NCBI GenBank assembly: GCA_963827655.1
Contig: CAWHCF010000041.1
Span: 128,001 to 192,000, forward strand
DNA from: an uncultured Acidobacteriota bacterium
GTDB lineage: Bacteria > Acidobacteriota > UBA6911
Direction: 5' to 3'
DNA: 64,000 bases
Shown here: one piece after another, positions 21,071 to 31,534 of the stretch
Position numbering within the stretch: position 1 is the first letter of the stretch
How the letters are laid out: each line of letters starts with the position of its first letter
Notes under the pieces: generated by a model
The model's database searches: none
Told to the model about the DNA's origin: nothing
Seen by the model: the letters and a program-made list of their open reading frames with translations, nothing else
Position numbers and translations under genes: made by a program

Positions 21071-21932
21071 GCTAGAACCAATCTCTCAGTACTACTACTC
21101 GCACCGGCTCAAGTTGCATTTCTGGGACTGGATGGACAACGGCAAGCCAAATCTGATTCTGGTCCACGGAAGCCGAGACCACGCGAGAAGCTGGGACCTG
21201 ATCGCGCGCGCCTTCTGCGACGATTTTCGGGTAGTGGCGCCAGACCTTCGAGGACACGGAGATAGCAGCTGGGCGACGGGCGCGATGTACAGCATTCCCG
21301 AGTTTGTCCTGGACTTGTCCGCGCTAGCGGACATCCTGGGAAGGTTTCCAGTGTATCTCATCGGGCATTCACTGGGCGGAGCGGTGGTACAGCTTTACAG
21401 CGGAATCTATCCCGATCGCGTGAAGAAGCTGGTGTCCATCGAGGGCTTTGGACCGCCTCCCGAGAAGCTCGTCCCGCGTCCGGCGCCGGAACGGCTGAGA
21501 AAGTGGATCGAAAACATGCGCGACTATGAGAATCGCCAGCACCGCCGCTATCCCAGCCTCGAAGCTGCGGTGGCGAGAATGAAGGAAGCAAATTCCTACC
21601 TGAGCGACAGCATGGCGCGCCACCTTACACTCTTCGGTTCAAACTGGAATCCGGATGGCACGCTGACCTGGAAATTCGATAACTACGTCCGCGCCATTTC
21701 TCCCTACGGTTTCAACCTGGAGGATGCCCAGGAAATCTGGAGACAGATCTCCTGCCCCGCACTTCTCTTTCGGGGACTGGAGAGCTGGGCCGCGGATCCC
21801 GAAAAAGACGGGCGTATTCAAGCGATTCCCCGGTTCAGGTTGATCAACGTTCCCGCCGCCGGTCACTGGGTGCACCACGATCAGCCCTCTGTCTTTATCG
21901 AAGAGACCCGCAAGTTCTTTGAGGAAGATTGA
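21033..21932 (+). CDS. Alpha/beta hydrolase
   Basis: LVHG, DLRGHGDS, GHSLGG nucleophile elbow, AGHWVHHD. Confidence 0.92.
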   Translation: MVNPQSEIRNPQSLEPISQYYYSHRLKLHFWDWMDNGKPNLILVHGSRDHARSWDLIARAFCDDFRVVAPDLRGHGDSSWATGAMYSIPEFVLDLSALADILGRFPVYLIGHSLGGAVVQLYSGIYPDRVKKLVSIEGFGPPPEKLVPRPAPERLRKWIENMRDYENRQHRRYPSLEAAVARMKEANSYLSDSMARHLTLFGSNWNPDGTLTWKFDNYVRAISPYGFNLEDAQEIWRQISCPALLFRGLESWAADPEKDGRIQAIPRFRLINVPAAGHWVHHDQPSVFIEETRKFFEED

Positions 21933-22075
21933 TGCCTATGAATCCCGAAGATTTGATACGCGCGCCGTCGCAAGCTGCTCTTCGCATGTCAGTGGTTAAT
22001 GTTGCGGAACAAACCCAACCACGAAGACAATAGCATCTCCGCCGGGAGGTTAGCCTGAGCGCACAGCCTGAATCG

Positions 22076-23449
22076 ATGCCATTACTGCAGAGCGCTGCCG
22101 CCGAAGAGCCCTACCCGCGCCCGGGATACGCATGGTACGTGGTGGGCGTGCTGACGTTGCTCTACGTATTCTCGTTCATTGACCGGCAGATCCTGAACTT
22201 GCTGGTGAGGCCGATCCGACGTGATTTAGAGATCAGCGACACGGAGATGAGTCTGCTGATGGGCTTCAGCTTTGCCGTCTTTTACACCTTCTTTGGCATC
22301 CTCCTCGGCAGGCTGGCAGATTCGAGGAGCCGGCGCGTCATCATTTCAGCCGGAGTCGCGGTATGGAGCCTCATGACGGCGGGATGCGGCCTGGCCAGAA
22401 ATTTCCTCCAGATGCTGCTGTTTCGGATGGGCGTGGGCGTGGGCGAGGCGGCGCTCTCGCCGGCAGCTTATTCGCTCATCTCCGACTATTTCCCCAAGCA
22501 GCGTCTCGCCACTGCGCTCTCCGTATACTCGATGGGTATTTACATCGGGTCGGGATTGGCTTTCTTCCTGGGCGGCGTGGTAGTCAGCTTTGCCGCCAGC
22601 CAGGCCACCTGGCATGTACCGTTGATCGGAGCCACACGCCCCTGGCAGGTGATCTTTTTCATCGTGGGTCTTCCAGGAATTCTGCTTGCGATCCTCGCCT
22701 TTACCATTCGAGAGCCTGCGCGTCGAGGGGTCCGGCTCGCGAAAACGCGGGATGGAACCACAAGGCCTGTACAGGTGCCGGTGCGCGAGTCCATTGCATT
22801 TTTCCGACAGAACTGGCACACCCTCCTTTGCCATAATGTGGGGTTCGCTCTTCTCTCTTTTTCATCCTATGGGTCGAGCGCATGGATACCGACATTCTTC
22901 GTTCGCAATCACCATTGGACCGAGGCTAGAGCCGGCATGGTTTATGGAACGATCGTCGCTATTTTCGGAACCCTCGGGATTGTTGCCGGGGGGCGACTCG
23001 CCGACTGGATGGCAGAACGAGGTTATCGCGACTCCAACATGCGGGTAGGCTTTATCGTCTCGCTGGCCTGGATACCAACCGGAATGCTCTATCCCATTCT
23101 TCCAGACGCGCACTGGGCGGTAATCCTGCTCATCCCCACGATCTTTCTGACCAGCGCGCCATTCGGAGTGGCCCCGGCGGCTATTCAACAAATGATGCCC
23201 AATGTCTTGCGCGGGCAGGCCTCGGCTATTTACCTTTTCGTCGTCAACCTTATCGGCCTCGGACTCGGTCCCACGGCCGTTGCCTTGATGACCGATTACG
23301 TATTTCGAAACGACGACGCAGTGCGCTACTCTCTGCTTGCTGTCGGCACTGCGGCTCATTTACTGGCGGCTGGTCTCCTATGGAATGGCCTCAAATCATT
23401 TCTGGTCAGCCTGGAGCGCCTGAAGCAGTGGACCGCCGCTCAAACTTGA
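22076..23449 (+). CDS. MFS transporter (spinster-like); the real start may be slightly upstream
   Basis: FSFIDRQIL, GRLADSRSRR, GVGEAALSP; 12-TM pattern. Confidence 0.92.
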   Translation: MPLLQSAAAEEPYPRPGYAWYVVGVLTLLYVFSFIDRQILNLLVRPIRRDLEISDTEMSLLMGFSFAVFYTFFGILLGRLADSRSRRVIISAGVAVWSLMTAGCGLARNFLQMLLFRMGVGVGEAALSPAAYSLISDYFPKQRLATALSVYSMGIYIGSGLAFFLGGVVVSFAASQATWHVPLIGATRPWQVIFFIVGLPGILLAILAFTIREPARRGVRLAKTRDGTTRPVQVPVRESIAFFRQNWHTLLCHNVGFALLSFSSYGSSAWIPTFFVRNHHWTEARAGMVYGTIVAIFGTLGIVAGGRLADWMAERGYRDSNMRVGFIVSLAWIPTGMLYPILPDAHWAVILLIPTIFLTSAPFGVAPAAIQQMMPNVLRGQASAIYLFVVNLIGLGLGPTAVALMTDYVFRNDDAVRYSLLAVGTAAHLLAAGLLWNGLKSFLVSLERLKQWTAAQT

Positions 23450-23492
23450 TGGGGAGTTCTTGCCCACGGCAACGTTACTCAAGGAGAATATC

Positions 23493-24038
23493 ATGAGGAA
23501 AGTTATTGCAGCTTTGATACTCGTCACCTGCGGGACGCTCTCGACGGCGTCTGCGCATGACCCCAGAACCACGGCCAAGGACTTCTCCCACGGCTTGAAG
23601 ATTGCCGGAGCGGGGGAGCTGTCGTTCATCTACAAAGCCATGCACTTCAACGAACCGACTTACAAACGGATGCAATCGGAAGCAACGTTTCGCGAACGAA
23701 TGAACGCCAACGTATGGAGTTCCATTGGATCCGTAGAGGCCGCGTTTGACGTGGTAATGGGAGATCAAACGATTCCGAAAGGCAAATACACGCTGGGTCT
23801 GAGCATCGAGCCCGCTGACGCCTTCTTTCTCGTCCTGAAAGGTGGAGATAAGACCCTGAAGGTCCCGCTCAAGATGACGTCCGAGACCACGGATGTTGCT
23901 TACCTGACGTTCGCGATTTACCCGACGGAGAAGCCTGATACTTTTGTCTTGGAGGGACGCTGCGGAAAGTTCCGCGGCACGGCGGATTTCAAGGTTCCGT
24001 ACCTGGGGGAGCACTCGCATCCGGCTTCGAAGAACTAG
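23493..24038 (+). CDS. Secreted hypothetical protein (DUF2911-like)
   Basis: AAGGAG RBS; signal peptide ...ASA-H; IPKGKYTL motif. Confidence 0.65.
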   Translation: MRKVIAALILVTCGTLSTASAHDPRTTAKDFSHGLKIAGAGELSFIYKAMHFNEPTYKRMQSEATFRERMNANVWSSIGSVEAAFDVVMGDQTIPKGKYTLGLSIEPADAFFLVLKGGDKTLKVPLKMTSETTDVAYLTFAIYPTEKPDTFVLEGRCGKFRGTADFKVPYLGEHSHPASKN

Positions 24039-24117
24039 CCTTCCGCGTCCTTGCGTCTCAGCGGTCAGAGCTCCCAAAACCCAGGCCTCCGCCAAGACGC
24101 AAGGATGTTGACGATCG

Positions 24118-25440
24118 TCAGGTCAAACTGGAAACCTTGGGGGGCTTGGTCACTACCTTCTGTTTCTGCTCATCGAAATAGAGGACGCGCCCCTCACGAT
24201 AGGCTTGCACAGCCAGCGAAATAGTCACCTGCGCTTTGTAGGCCGTAAGCGAATCCAATACCGGTTTCTCGCGCGTCCGCATGCAGGTGAAGAAATTCTC
24301 CATGTGGCTCGGGCGCTTCTCCGTCAGGATCTTGACTTCGTCAGAACCCCACTTTTTCGCCCACTCTTCTTTGTAGATGCTCTGCGGAGTCACGGTGATG
24401 GAGTCCACACGGGATTCGAACTGCCCGCCTGGAACCATCACGATCGTCCCTTCATGTCCGCGGATCAGCCCGGGAATGTGCGTGTTGTTGGCCATGCAGG
24501 CGCTCAGGCAGAGAGTGTGCCCGGCTGCAAAATCGGCTGTCAAAGTGAATGTGTCAGGAACCTCACGCTCGTCCTTGAATACGTAGATCCCGCCGTTCGA
24601 GCTCACCCGGTAGGGAAACTGCGGTTCGCCCCAGCAGATATTCAAGGGAGCCATAACATGATAGAAGAGATCGGTCGCGATGCCGCCCGAGTAATCCCAG
24701 TATTTGCGGAAGCGGAAGAAACGGTCCGCATTGAAGGGGCGGCTGGGCGCCGGCCCGAGCCACATTTTCCAGTCAATGTAGTTGTCACCGCTCGCCGTAG
24801 GCCCCGCTTCGGCATCGATCTTCCCATTCCATTCGCCTCTCGTGGAGTTTCGGTGGTAGGAGCCCTGGCTCATGAGAAGCTTGCCGATCATTCCATCCTG
24901 GATGGCCTTGCGCGCCTTCCACCATTGGTCACTGGACGTTGTCTGGGAGCCTACCTGCAGGATTCGCTTCGTTTTCACGACGGTGTCGTGGACGTCCTTC
25001 GCCTCCTCGATGGTATGAGTCATCGGCTTTTCAAGATAGACGTCCTTGCCATGCTCCATCGCCTCGATGGCCAACTTGGCGTGCCAATGATCCGGGGTCG
25101 CAATGAAGACTGCGTCGATGTCACTGCGAGTGAGCAGCTCTCGATAATCCAGATATCCGTCCCCCTGGGCCACTTCCTGGGCCGCCTTCTTTCGCTTGGC
25201 GTAGACATCGCTCACCGCAAGAATCTGAATCGAACTGGTCGACTCCTGCAGTCTTCGAGCCTCCCGCAACAGACCCATTCCGCGGCCACCCACACCGACG
25301 AATCCCACGTTGATACGATCGTTCGCGCCAATGACACGCGCTTTCGCAGGAAGGCTGGCGACAGCAGCCCCCAGAGCAACCCCGGCCCCAACGGCCGTCC
25401 TGACAAACTCTCTCCGATTGACTTTCAACCCATCCATCAT
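24118..25440 (-). CDS. Tat-exported Gfo/Idh/MocA oxidoreductase
   Basis: NRREFV Tat motif; GVGGRG; ATPDHWH; EKPM. Confidence 0.93.
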   Translation of the reverse strand: MMDGLKVNRREFVRTAVGAGVALGAAVASLPAKARVIGANDRINVGFVGVGGRGMGLLREARRLQESTSSIQILAVSDVYAKRKKAAQEVAQGDGYLDYRELLTRSDIDAVFIATPDHWHAKLAIEAMEHGKDVYLEKPMTHTIEEAKDVHDTVVKTKRILQVGSQTTSSDQWWKARKAIQDGMIGKLLMSQGSYHRNSTRGEWNGKIDAEAGPTASGDNYIDWKMWLGPAPSRPFNADRFFRFRKYWDYSGGIATDLFYHVMAPLNICWGEPQFPYRVSSNGGIYVFKDEREVPDTFTLTADFAAGHTLCLSACMANNTHIPGLIRGHEGTIVMVPGGQFESRVDSITVTPQSIYKEEWAKKWGSDEVKILTEKRPSHMENFFTCMRTREKPVLDSLTAYKAQVTISLAVQAYREGRVLYFDEQKQKVVTKPPKVSSLT

Positions 25441-25583
25441 GGCACCTCACCTCGCAGTTTTCTGGCCCCTTGGCGGGCCGATTCGAAGATAGAAGACGCA
25501 GGCTAAAGAGTCAAGGAATGCGTGCGTCCTTTCGTCGTTGTGTCGTTGCAGCTGGCGCGTCAGCACAAGATTACACGAGAGGC

Positions 25584-25952
25584 TCACTTTATCATCGGAA
25601 GCCCGCGGTCGCGCCAGGTTTTTATTCCGCCCGCCATCGAGTGAACCTTGGTGTATCCCATCCTCTGCAGAGCGTCGGCGGCGAGGGCGGAACGATAGCC
25701 ACCTCCGCAATAGAGCACGATTTCACTATTCTTCTGGGGAATTCTATTCTCGATATCACGCTCGATAATGCCTTTCCCAAGGTGAATCGAACCCTCGGCC
25801 CTGCCTTGCGCCCATTCCGAGTCCTCGCGGACATCTACCAATACGAAGGTTTCCCCGAGTTCCTGTTTGGCTCGAACCTCATCCACGGTGACTTCATGAA
25901 TCCGTGCCTTGGCCTCGTTAACGAGTTTCAAAAAGCCTTCACTGTGATCCAT
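25584..25952 (-). CDS. Rhodanese-like sulfurtransferase
   Basis: DVREDSEW, YCGGGYRS, MAGG. Confidence 0.92.
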   Translation of the reverse strand: MDHSEGFLKLVNEAKARIHEVTVDEVRAKQELGETFVLVDVREDSEWAQGRAEGSIHLGKGIIERDIENRIPQKNSEIVLYCGGGYRSALAADALQRMGYTKVHSMAGGIKTWRDRGLPMIK

Positions 25953-26166
25953 AGTCTCCTCATCGGTTTGTCAATTGTCGATTTTGCGGCAGCAGGCCGC
26001 CGCAGCACAAGGCGCAAGCCAAAGATTTCTTGGTGTTTCTTCGTGTTTTGGGGTCCTGGCGGTAAGCCGGCTAACCACCGAAGACACCAGGACCCTAAGG
26101 CCACCAGGGCTTCGGGAAATTGGATCGCTGTAACATTAACCGTCATAAAAGTTTACGTCTTGGTGC

Positions 26167-26196
26167 TTGACTTATCGACAAACTTCCCCTAATAAT
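26167..26196 (+). promoter_or_regulatory. Candidate sigma70 promoter for the TPR-yvcK-glmU operon
   Basis: TTGACT-N17-TAATAAT in AT-rich intergenic DNA. Confidence 0.5.
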
Positions 26197-26267
26197 AACT
26201 GGCAACTTTAGACCGGCGCTCGTAATCGGCTCTAAGTACTTTAATATTAATACGTTAGGTCTGTTCA

Positions 26268-27107
26268 ATGGCAGGCGCTTCCGCTGGCAAGAAAAGGATT
26301 GGGGCTAAGGCGCGTAAGGTGGCCAGACCCCGCAAAAAAGCCCCCTCGAGACGGGCTGTCAAGGCGAAATCCTCTCCGCGAAAAAAGCTTTCCAGTCCTG
26401 GAAAAGCCGGCGCAAAAAAGTCAAAACAGAAACTCGCTGGCAAGACTAAGAAAAGGAGACCGGTTAGTGTAAGAGCCCGGAGGCCATCGACTACTGTAGA
26501 AAGCGGAAAAATGACGTCCGCAAGAAGAAAACAAATATCATTCGGCGTCCCTACGCCCCCGCCAGAAAAGCCCCCCCCTCTACTGAAGGACTCGAGGAAT
26601 ACTTCAGCTGCTCTGGCCTTATTGGAAAAAGGAATCAAGCTCATCTATCAGAAGGAATTCAAGAGAGCCCGGGTCGAATTCAAATCAATTGGCGAAACCT
26701 ACCCCGGAGAGCCTGAGATCACCGCCCGCGCTCTCAGCTACCTTCAGATTTGCGATCGCGAGGAGGCTGCGCATCGAAAGCCGTCGGTCACGCAGGACCA
26801 GCTTTACGGCCTGGGCGTGATGGAGCACAACCGTGGGAACTACGATGGTGCAATCTCCTATTTCCGGCAGTCTCTCGACAGAAACAAGGACGCCGACTAC
26901 GTCTACTACTCGTTGGCAGCTTCGCAAGCCCTGAAGAACGACGTCAATGCGGCGGTAGAGAACCTCCGGAAGGCAATCGAGCTCAATGAGGACAACAGGG
27001 TTTACGCCAAGAATGACCCCGATTTTGATCCCCTCCATGCGCAAAAAGAATTCACCGACCTCGTTGGGTTGAATCCGGCTCCGCTCCTTGAATCTACGCA
27101 ATCATGA
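26268..27107 (+). CDS. TPR protein with Lys/Arg-rich N-terminal tail
   Basis: First ~90 aa K/R/A/S-rich; C-terminal TPR helices ending AKNDPDFDPL. Confidence 0.8.
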   Translation: MAGASAGKKRIGAKARKVARPRKKAPSRRAVKAKSSPRKKLSSPGKAGAKKSKQKLAGKTKKRRPVSVRARRPSTTVESGKMTSARRKQISFGVPTPPPEKPPPLLKDSRNTSAALALLEKGIKLIYQKEFKRARVEFKSIGETYPGEPEITARALSYLQICDREEAAHRKPSVTQDQLYGLGVMEHNRGNYDGAISYFRQSLDRNKDADYVYYSLAASQALKNDVNAAVENLRKAIELNEDNRVYAKNDPDFDPLHAQKEFTDLVGLNPAPLLESTQS

Positions 27108-28159
27108 GCCGTGCCAGGAATCTTGTCAGCGTAGTCTCCCTGGGAGGGGGCAATGGGCTGGCGTGTCTGCTCAAGGGCCTGAAGCATGGCGTTCTCGAAC
27201 CGTCGCTGATTCAAAGGCCCGCATCGAAAGCCTGGATCTCGCGCCTGACCGCGGTAGTGACGGTCACGGATGACGGGGGCAGTTCCGGAAGACTCCGAAA
27301 CGAACTTCAGGTCTTACCGCCGGGGGATATCCGAAACTGCCTGGTGGCCCTGAGCACGGATGAATCGCTCCTGTCTCAACTATTCCAGTACAGGTTTACC
27401 GGCACCGGGGCGTTACGAGGACACAGCTTCGGCAATCTCCTGCTCACGGCCCTTACTGGGGTTACCGGTGACTTCCTGAAAGCCATACGGCTCAGTTCTC
27501 GCGTACTCGCCATCCGCGGGCGGATCTACCCGTCGACCTTGCACGACGTTCGTCTCGAAGCATATCTTACCAACGGTGGTCGTGTGCGTGGCGAGTCGGC
27601 AATTTCAGGAACCAGCAGCCGGATTCGCAAAATCGCCCTTGCTCCGCGTAACTGCCGCCCCGTTCCGGCGGTGCTCCATGCCATCCGTACTGCCGACATA
27701 ATTACCGTCGGGCCCGGCTCACTCTATACGAGCCTGTTGCCCAATCTCCTGGTACCAGGTATTGCCGACGAAATCCGCAAGGCGCGCGCGCTGAAGGTGT
27801 TCATTGGAAACTTGATGACTCAGCCTGGTGAGACGCAGGGTTTCACCACTTCCGATCATCTCGAGGCCATCTATTCCCATGCGGGAAACCACCTTTTCGA
27901 CGCCATCATTCTCAACAACAAACCGATAGCGAAAACCATCCTCTCGCTCTACAAAGAGCGGGGATCGACTCCGGTCGTCACGGACTTCAAGCGCATCCGC
28001 GACCTTGGGCTTACGGTCCTGAAAGGGGATCTGCTGGCGCAAGAGCGGGCGATCCGGCACGACCCCAAGCTGCTAGCTGCGGCGCTCTTCGTGGCTCACA
28101 AACAATGGACGACGTCTGAGCTTCTTGCTCGCGCGAAACCGTCACTGCCCAGTCTATGA
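27104..28159 (+). CDS. yvcK: YvcK/GlmR (UPF0052, CofD-like) protein
   Basis: GGGNGL, VTDDGGSSGRLR, PPGDIRN, GPGSLYTS, NLMTQPGET. Confidence 0.93.
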   Translation: MSRARNLVSVVSLGGGNGLACLLKGLKHGVLEPSLIQRPASKAWISRLTAVVTVTDDGGSSGRLRNELQVLPPGDIRNCLVALSTDESLLSQLFQYRFTGTGALRGHSFGNLLLTALTGVTGDFLKAIRLSSRVLAIRGRIYPSTLHDVRLEAYLTNGGRVRGESAISGTSSRIRKIALAPRNCRPVPAVLHAIRTADIITVGPGSLYTSLLPNLLVPGIADEIRKARALKVFIGNLMTQPGETQGFTTSDHLEAIYSHAGNHLFDAIILNNKPIAKTILSLYKERGSTPVVTDFKRIRDLGLTVLKGDLLAQERAIRHDPKLLAAALFVAHKQWTTSELLARAKPSLPSL

Positions 28160-29535
28160 AGAATGTCCGCGCTTTGATTCTCGCTGCCGGAAAGGGAACG
28201 CGCCTGGTCAGTAATCGGGCAAAAGTCCTGCACACCCTGTGCGGAACACCAATGCTGCGGTTAGTCTACGCCGCCGCGGCCGGGCTTGACCCCGAAGAAA
28301 TACTTGTGGTTATCGGCCAGGACGCGGCACGAGTCCGTGAATCTCTCGAAGGCCATGCCGCAAGCTTCATACTTCAAGCCGAACAGCTGGGCACGGGTCA
28401 CGCGGTCATGGCCGCGCGTCCTCAGATAGCAAAACATGAAGGGGATCTGCTGGTACTTTTCGGAGATACTCCGAGAATAACGACAGCAACCTTGCAGAAG
28501 CTTCTTGATCATCACCGCCGAAGCGGCGCCGCTACTACATTGATCACTACCCGAACGCCCCAACCCTTCGGCTACGGACGAATTCTGCGCAATGCTCGAG
28601 GCGAGATCGATGCGATCGTGGAAGAAAGAGACGCCTCTCCGGAACAACGCAAGATCGACGAAATCAACCCGGGGTTCTACTGTTTCCAGATTCCGCCCCT
28701 TATAAAAGCGCTGGGAAAGCTCTCCAACAACAACGCTCAGAAAGAGTATTACGTCACCGACCTTATCGAGATTCAACGCCGGGCGGGCGACAAGGTCGAG
28801 ACCGTGCTTCACGACAACTTTGAGGAGCTTCGTGGAATCAACACGCGCCACGAGCTGACGGAGCTGGCGCGCGCGCTGAGCCGGCAGAAGAATCTAGATC
28901 TCATGGCAGCCGGTGTCACGCTGATCGACCCCGAACGAACCTATGTCGACCTGGACGTAACGGTGGAGAAGGACGTAACCCTCTACCCGATGGTGACGCT
29001 CGAGGGCAAGACCCGCATCGGGGAGGGGACGCTGGTCCGATCCGGAACCCGAATCGTCAATTCCGTCATCGATGCCGGCGTCGAAATCCTGGATTCCTGC
29101 CTCATAACGGATTCCGAGGTAAAAAAGGGAAGCACGATCGGGCCTTGCGCGAGATTGAGGGAGCGCACGGTCATCGGCGAGAATTGCCGGGTCGGCAATT
29201 TCGTCGAGATCAAGAACAGCGTGTTGGGCAAAGGGAGCAAGGCGGCTCATCTCGCCTATCTGGGAGACGCAAGAATAGGGAGCAACGTGAACATCGGGGC
29301 CGGTACCATTACCTGCAATTATGATGGCGTGATGAAGAATGATACCATTATCGACGATGATGCTTTCATCGGAACCGATTCCCAGCTGGTAGCCCCGGTG
29401 CGCATCGGCCGAGGAGCCTACGTGGCAGCCGGGAGTTGCATCACGCGTGATGTGCCCCCTGACGCATTGGGAATTGCGCGCGGCCAACAGGTGAACAAGG
29501 AAGGCTGGGCCCAGCGGCGAAAGAAATCGGGATGA
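28156..29535 (+). CDS. glmU: Bifunctional UDP-GlcNAc pyrophosphorylase / glucosamine-1-P acetyltransferase
   Basis: LAAGKGTR, QLGTGHA, hexapeptide repeats, GNFVEIK, ITCNYDG. Confidence 0.97.
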   Translation: MKNVRALILAAGKGTRLVSNRAKVLHTLCGTPMLRLVYAAAAGLDPEEILVVIGQDAARVRESLEGHAASFILQAEQLGTGHAVMAARPQIAKHEGDLLVLFGDTPRITTATLQKLLDHHRRSGAATTLITTRTPQPFGYGRILRNARGEIDAIVEERDASPEQRKIDEINPGFYCFQIPPLIKALGKLSNNNAQKEYYVTDLIEIQRRAGDKVETVLHDNFEELRGINTRHELTELARALSRQKNLDLMAAGVTLIDPERTYVDLDVTVEKDVTLYPMVTLEGKTRIGEGTLVRSGTRIVNSVIDAGVEILDSCLITDSEVKKGSTIGPCARLRERTVIGENCRVGNFVEIKNSVLGKGSKAAHLAYLGDARIGSNVNIGAGTITCNYDGVMKNDTIIDDDAFIGTDSQLVAPVRIGRGAYVAAGSCITRDVPPDALGIARGQQVNKEGWAQRRKKSG

Positions 29536-30035
29536 TCAACTGCAGGAACTGCATCAACTGGGTAGACGAGAACCTGGTTGAAATCGAGCTTGACAGCAGA
29601 GAAGAGCCTCACATCTTCATGGGCTGCAGAATCTTTGGCTACGTGGAGAACAACACGGCCCTGGAGAGTTGTCCCCACTACATTGCCAGCGAAAATCTTT
29701 TCACCCTGTGCGCTAACTGTCATCTCACGGTACCAAAGGTTTGTATCTCGCTGGGCGAATGCGTAAATTGCACCGACACCGACCTCTTCTGCGTGGATCA
29801 TTGCATTGGCGGTGATAGCCGGAAATTCTGCTCTCATTTCGTGCGACTCCACACGGAAGGCGCGCACCTGATCCACGAAAACGAAACGTTTGATCTGTTC
29901 CCGACTCTCGGGATGCCCGGGCAGCAACCCTCCGGATCGACGCCGGTCGAGGATCCAATTCCCGAGCCCATGAAGGTCAAGCCGCTTATCCCCAGAGGCT
30001 CGCCATCTACCGTGAGACGCCGCCGGAAAAACTAG
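29532..30035 (+). CDS. Cys-rich hypothetical protein
   Basis: ATGA overlap with the glmU stop; CRNC, CANC, CVNC and further Cys/His. Confidence 0.75.
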   Translation: MINCRNCINWVDENLVEIELDSREEPHIFMGCRIFGYVENNTALESCPHYIASENLFTLCANCHLTVPKVCISLGECVNCTDTDLFCVDHCIGGDSRKFCSHFVRLHTEGAHLIHENETFDLFPTLGMPGQQPSGSTPVEDPIPEPMKVKPLIPRGSPSTVRRRRKN

Positions 30036-30043
30036 CCAGCCAC

Positions 30044-30170
30044 GGGCTGCGCCCTTTGATATTCCGCCAAAAGCAGCGGGATAGAAGCCAGGAGTAAAGA
30101 ATCCAGAATCCAGAATCGCCAGGTAGTGCCAACCAACTTCTTGCTCCTGACTTCTGACTTCTGGCTTCTA
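30044..30170 (-). mobile_element. Gene-less derivative of the four-helix-bundle element
   Basis: Reverse-complement matches to both ends of 32572-32940, including gttggttggcact and the double hairpin. Confidence 0.75.
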
Positions 30171-31484
30171 ACGTGCCTCGAGCACGATACCTCGGCTCTC
30201 GCCGCAACCAATCCGCGCGAATCCCTCTCGGCAGCAATAACCCTGCATAATAACTTCGTCGCCGTCGTCCAGAAAGCGGCGCGACTCGCCATTCGGCAGC
30301 TTAATCGGGTCGGTGCCCCCTCGCGTCAGCTCGAGTAGACAGCCCCAGGATTCCTTGGTCTCACCGGAGACCGTGCCGGTGGCTATCAAGTCTCCCGGCC
30401 GGAGATTGCAACCATTACTCGAGTGGTGTGTGATCATCTGAGCCGGGGTCCAGTACATGTCTCTGAGATTGCTCCGGCTCACGTGAATAGGCCCGAGACC
30501 TCGATCGCGCATCCGCCGTGATGAAAGAAGAACCTCGAGAGTAACATCGATACCGCCGTGTTCCGCATCCTCAGGGGACTCGAGGTAGGGCAGAGGCCGA
30601 GGATCGGCGTCAGGACGCCGGAATGTGGGAACTCGGAATGGCGTCAACGCCTCCATCGTGACTACCCAGGGAGAAATCGTGGTCGCGAAGCTTTTCGCCA
30701 GAAACGGACCAAGCGGCTGATACTCCCACTTCTGAATATCGCGCGCCGACCAGTCGTTGACGAGGCACAAACCGAAAATGTGTTCCTTGACCTCATCGAT
30801 ACGGATCGGCTGGCCAAGACTGTTTCCGGGACCGACAAAGAACCCAACTTCCAGCTCGTAGTCCAGACGCTCGCTTGGACGGAAGCTCGGTTTCTGGCCC
30901 GATGGGTCCTCAATCTGACCGCTGGGACGGAGTATCGAGGTGCCGCTGACAACCACGGAGGACGCGCGCCCATGATAGGCTACCGGCAGGTACTTGTAGT
31001 TCGGGAGCAGCGGGTTTTCAGGACGAAACATGCTTCCCACGTTGGTAGCGTGGTAAATGGACGCATAGAAATCGGTGAAATCGCCGATCTCGACCGGCAA
31101 CAGCATCCTGGTCTGATTCATTGGAAAAAGGAATTTCCGCGCAATTCTTCTATCCGGCTGCGAGGAACTCTCTCTCAGCAACTCACTCAAACGTCGACGC
31201 AGGGCTGACCAATGTTTGGGACCCAGCGCCATCAATGGATTGAGGACGGGACCCAGGCATTCCTCGGCCGCTTCCCCGGCAAGGTCCTCAAAGAGACCTG
31301 CCTGATGGCACGACCCGACATCCAGGACTTGATCTCCTATGGCAACGCCGACGCGAGGGCCTCCTGAACTCTGAAATACACCAAACGCCAGATTCTGGAT
31401 GGGAAAGTCACAGTTCGCCCGGTTCGCCGATTCGACCCAGCTCCGGAGATCCGGGTCATGCGTCCCGTCAAGAGAATCGCTCAT
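30168..31484 (-). CDS. fahA: Fumarylacetoacetase
   Basis: DFPIQNL, DFTDFY, YHGRASS, LDYELE, NDWSARDIQKWEY, GTVSG. Confidence 0.95.
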   Translation of the reverse strand: MSDSLDGTHDPDLRSWVESANRANCDFPIQNLAFGVFQSSGGPRVGVAIGDQVLDVGSCHQAGLFEDLAGEAAEECLGPVLNPLMALGPKHWSALRRRLSELLRESSSQPDRRIARKFLFPMNQTRMLLPVEIGDFTDFYASIYHATNVGSMFRPENPLLPNYKYLPVAYHGRASSVVVSGTSILRPSGQIEDPSGQKPSFRPSERLDYELEVGFFVGPGNSLGQPIRIDEVKEHIFGLCLVNDWSARDIQKWEYQPLGPFLAKSFATTISPWVVTMEALTPFRVPTFRRPDADPRPLPYLESPEDAEHGGIDVTLEVLLSSRRMRDRGLGPIHVSRSNLRDMYWTPAQMITHHSSNGCNLRPGDLIATGTVSGETKESWGCLLELTRGGTDPIKLPNGESRRFLDDGDEVIMQGYCCREGFARIGCGESRGIVLEAR

Positions 31485-31534
31485 GCAAGATTCCCGCGTT
31501 TTCCGCGCCTCGGTTATTTGTGGTTGATCCGGCT

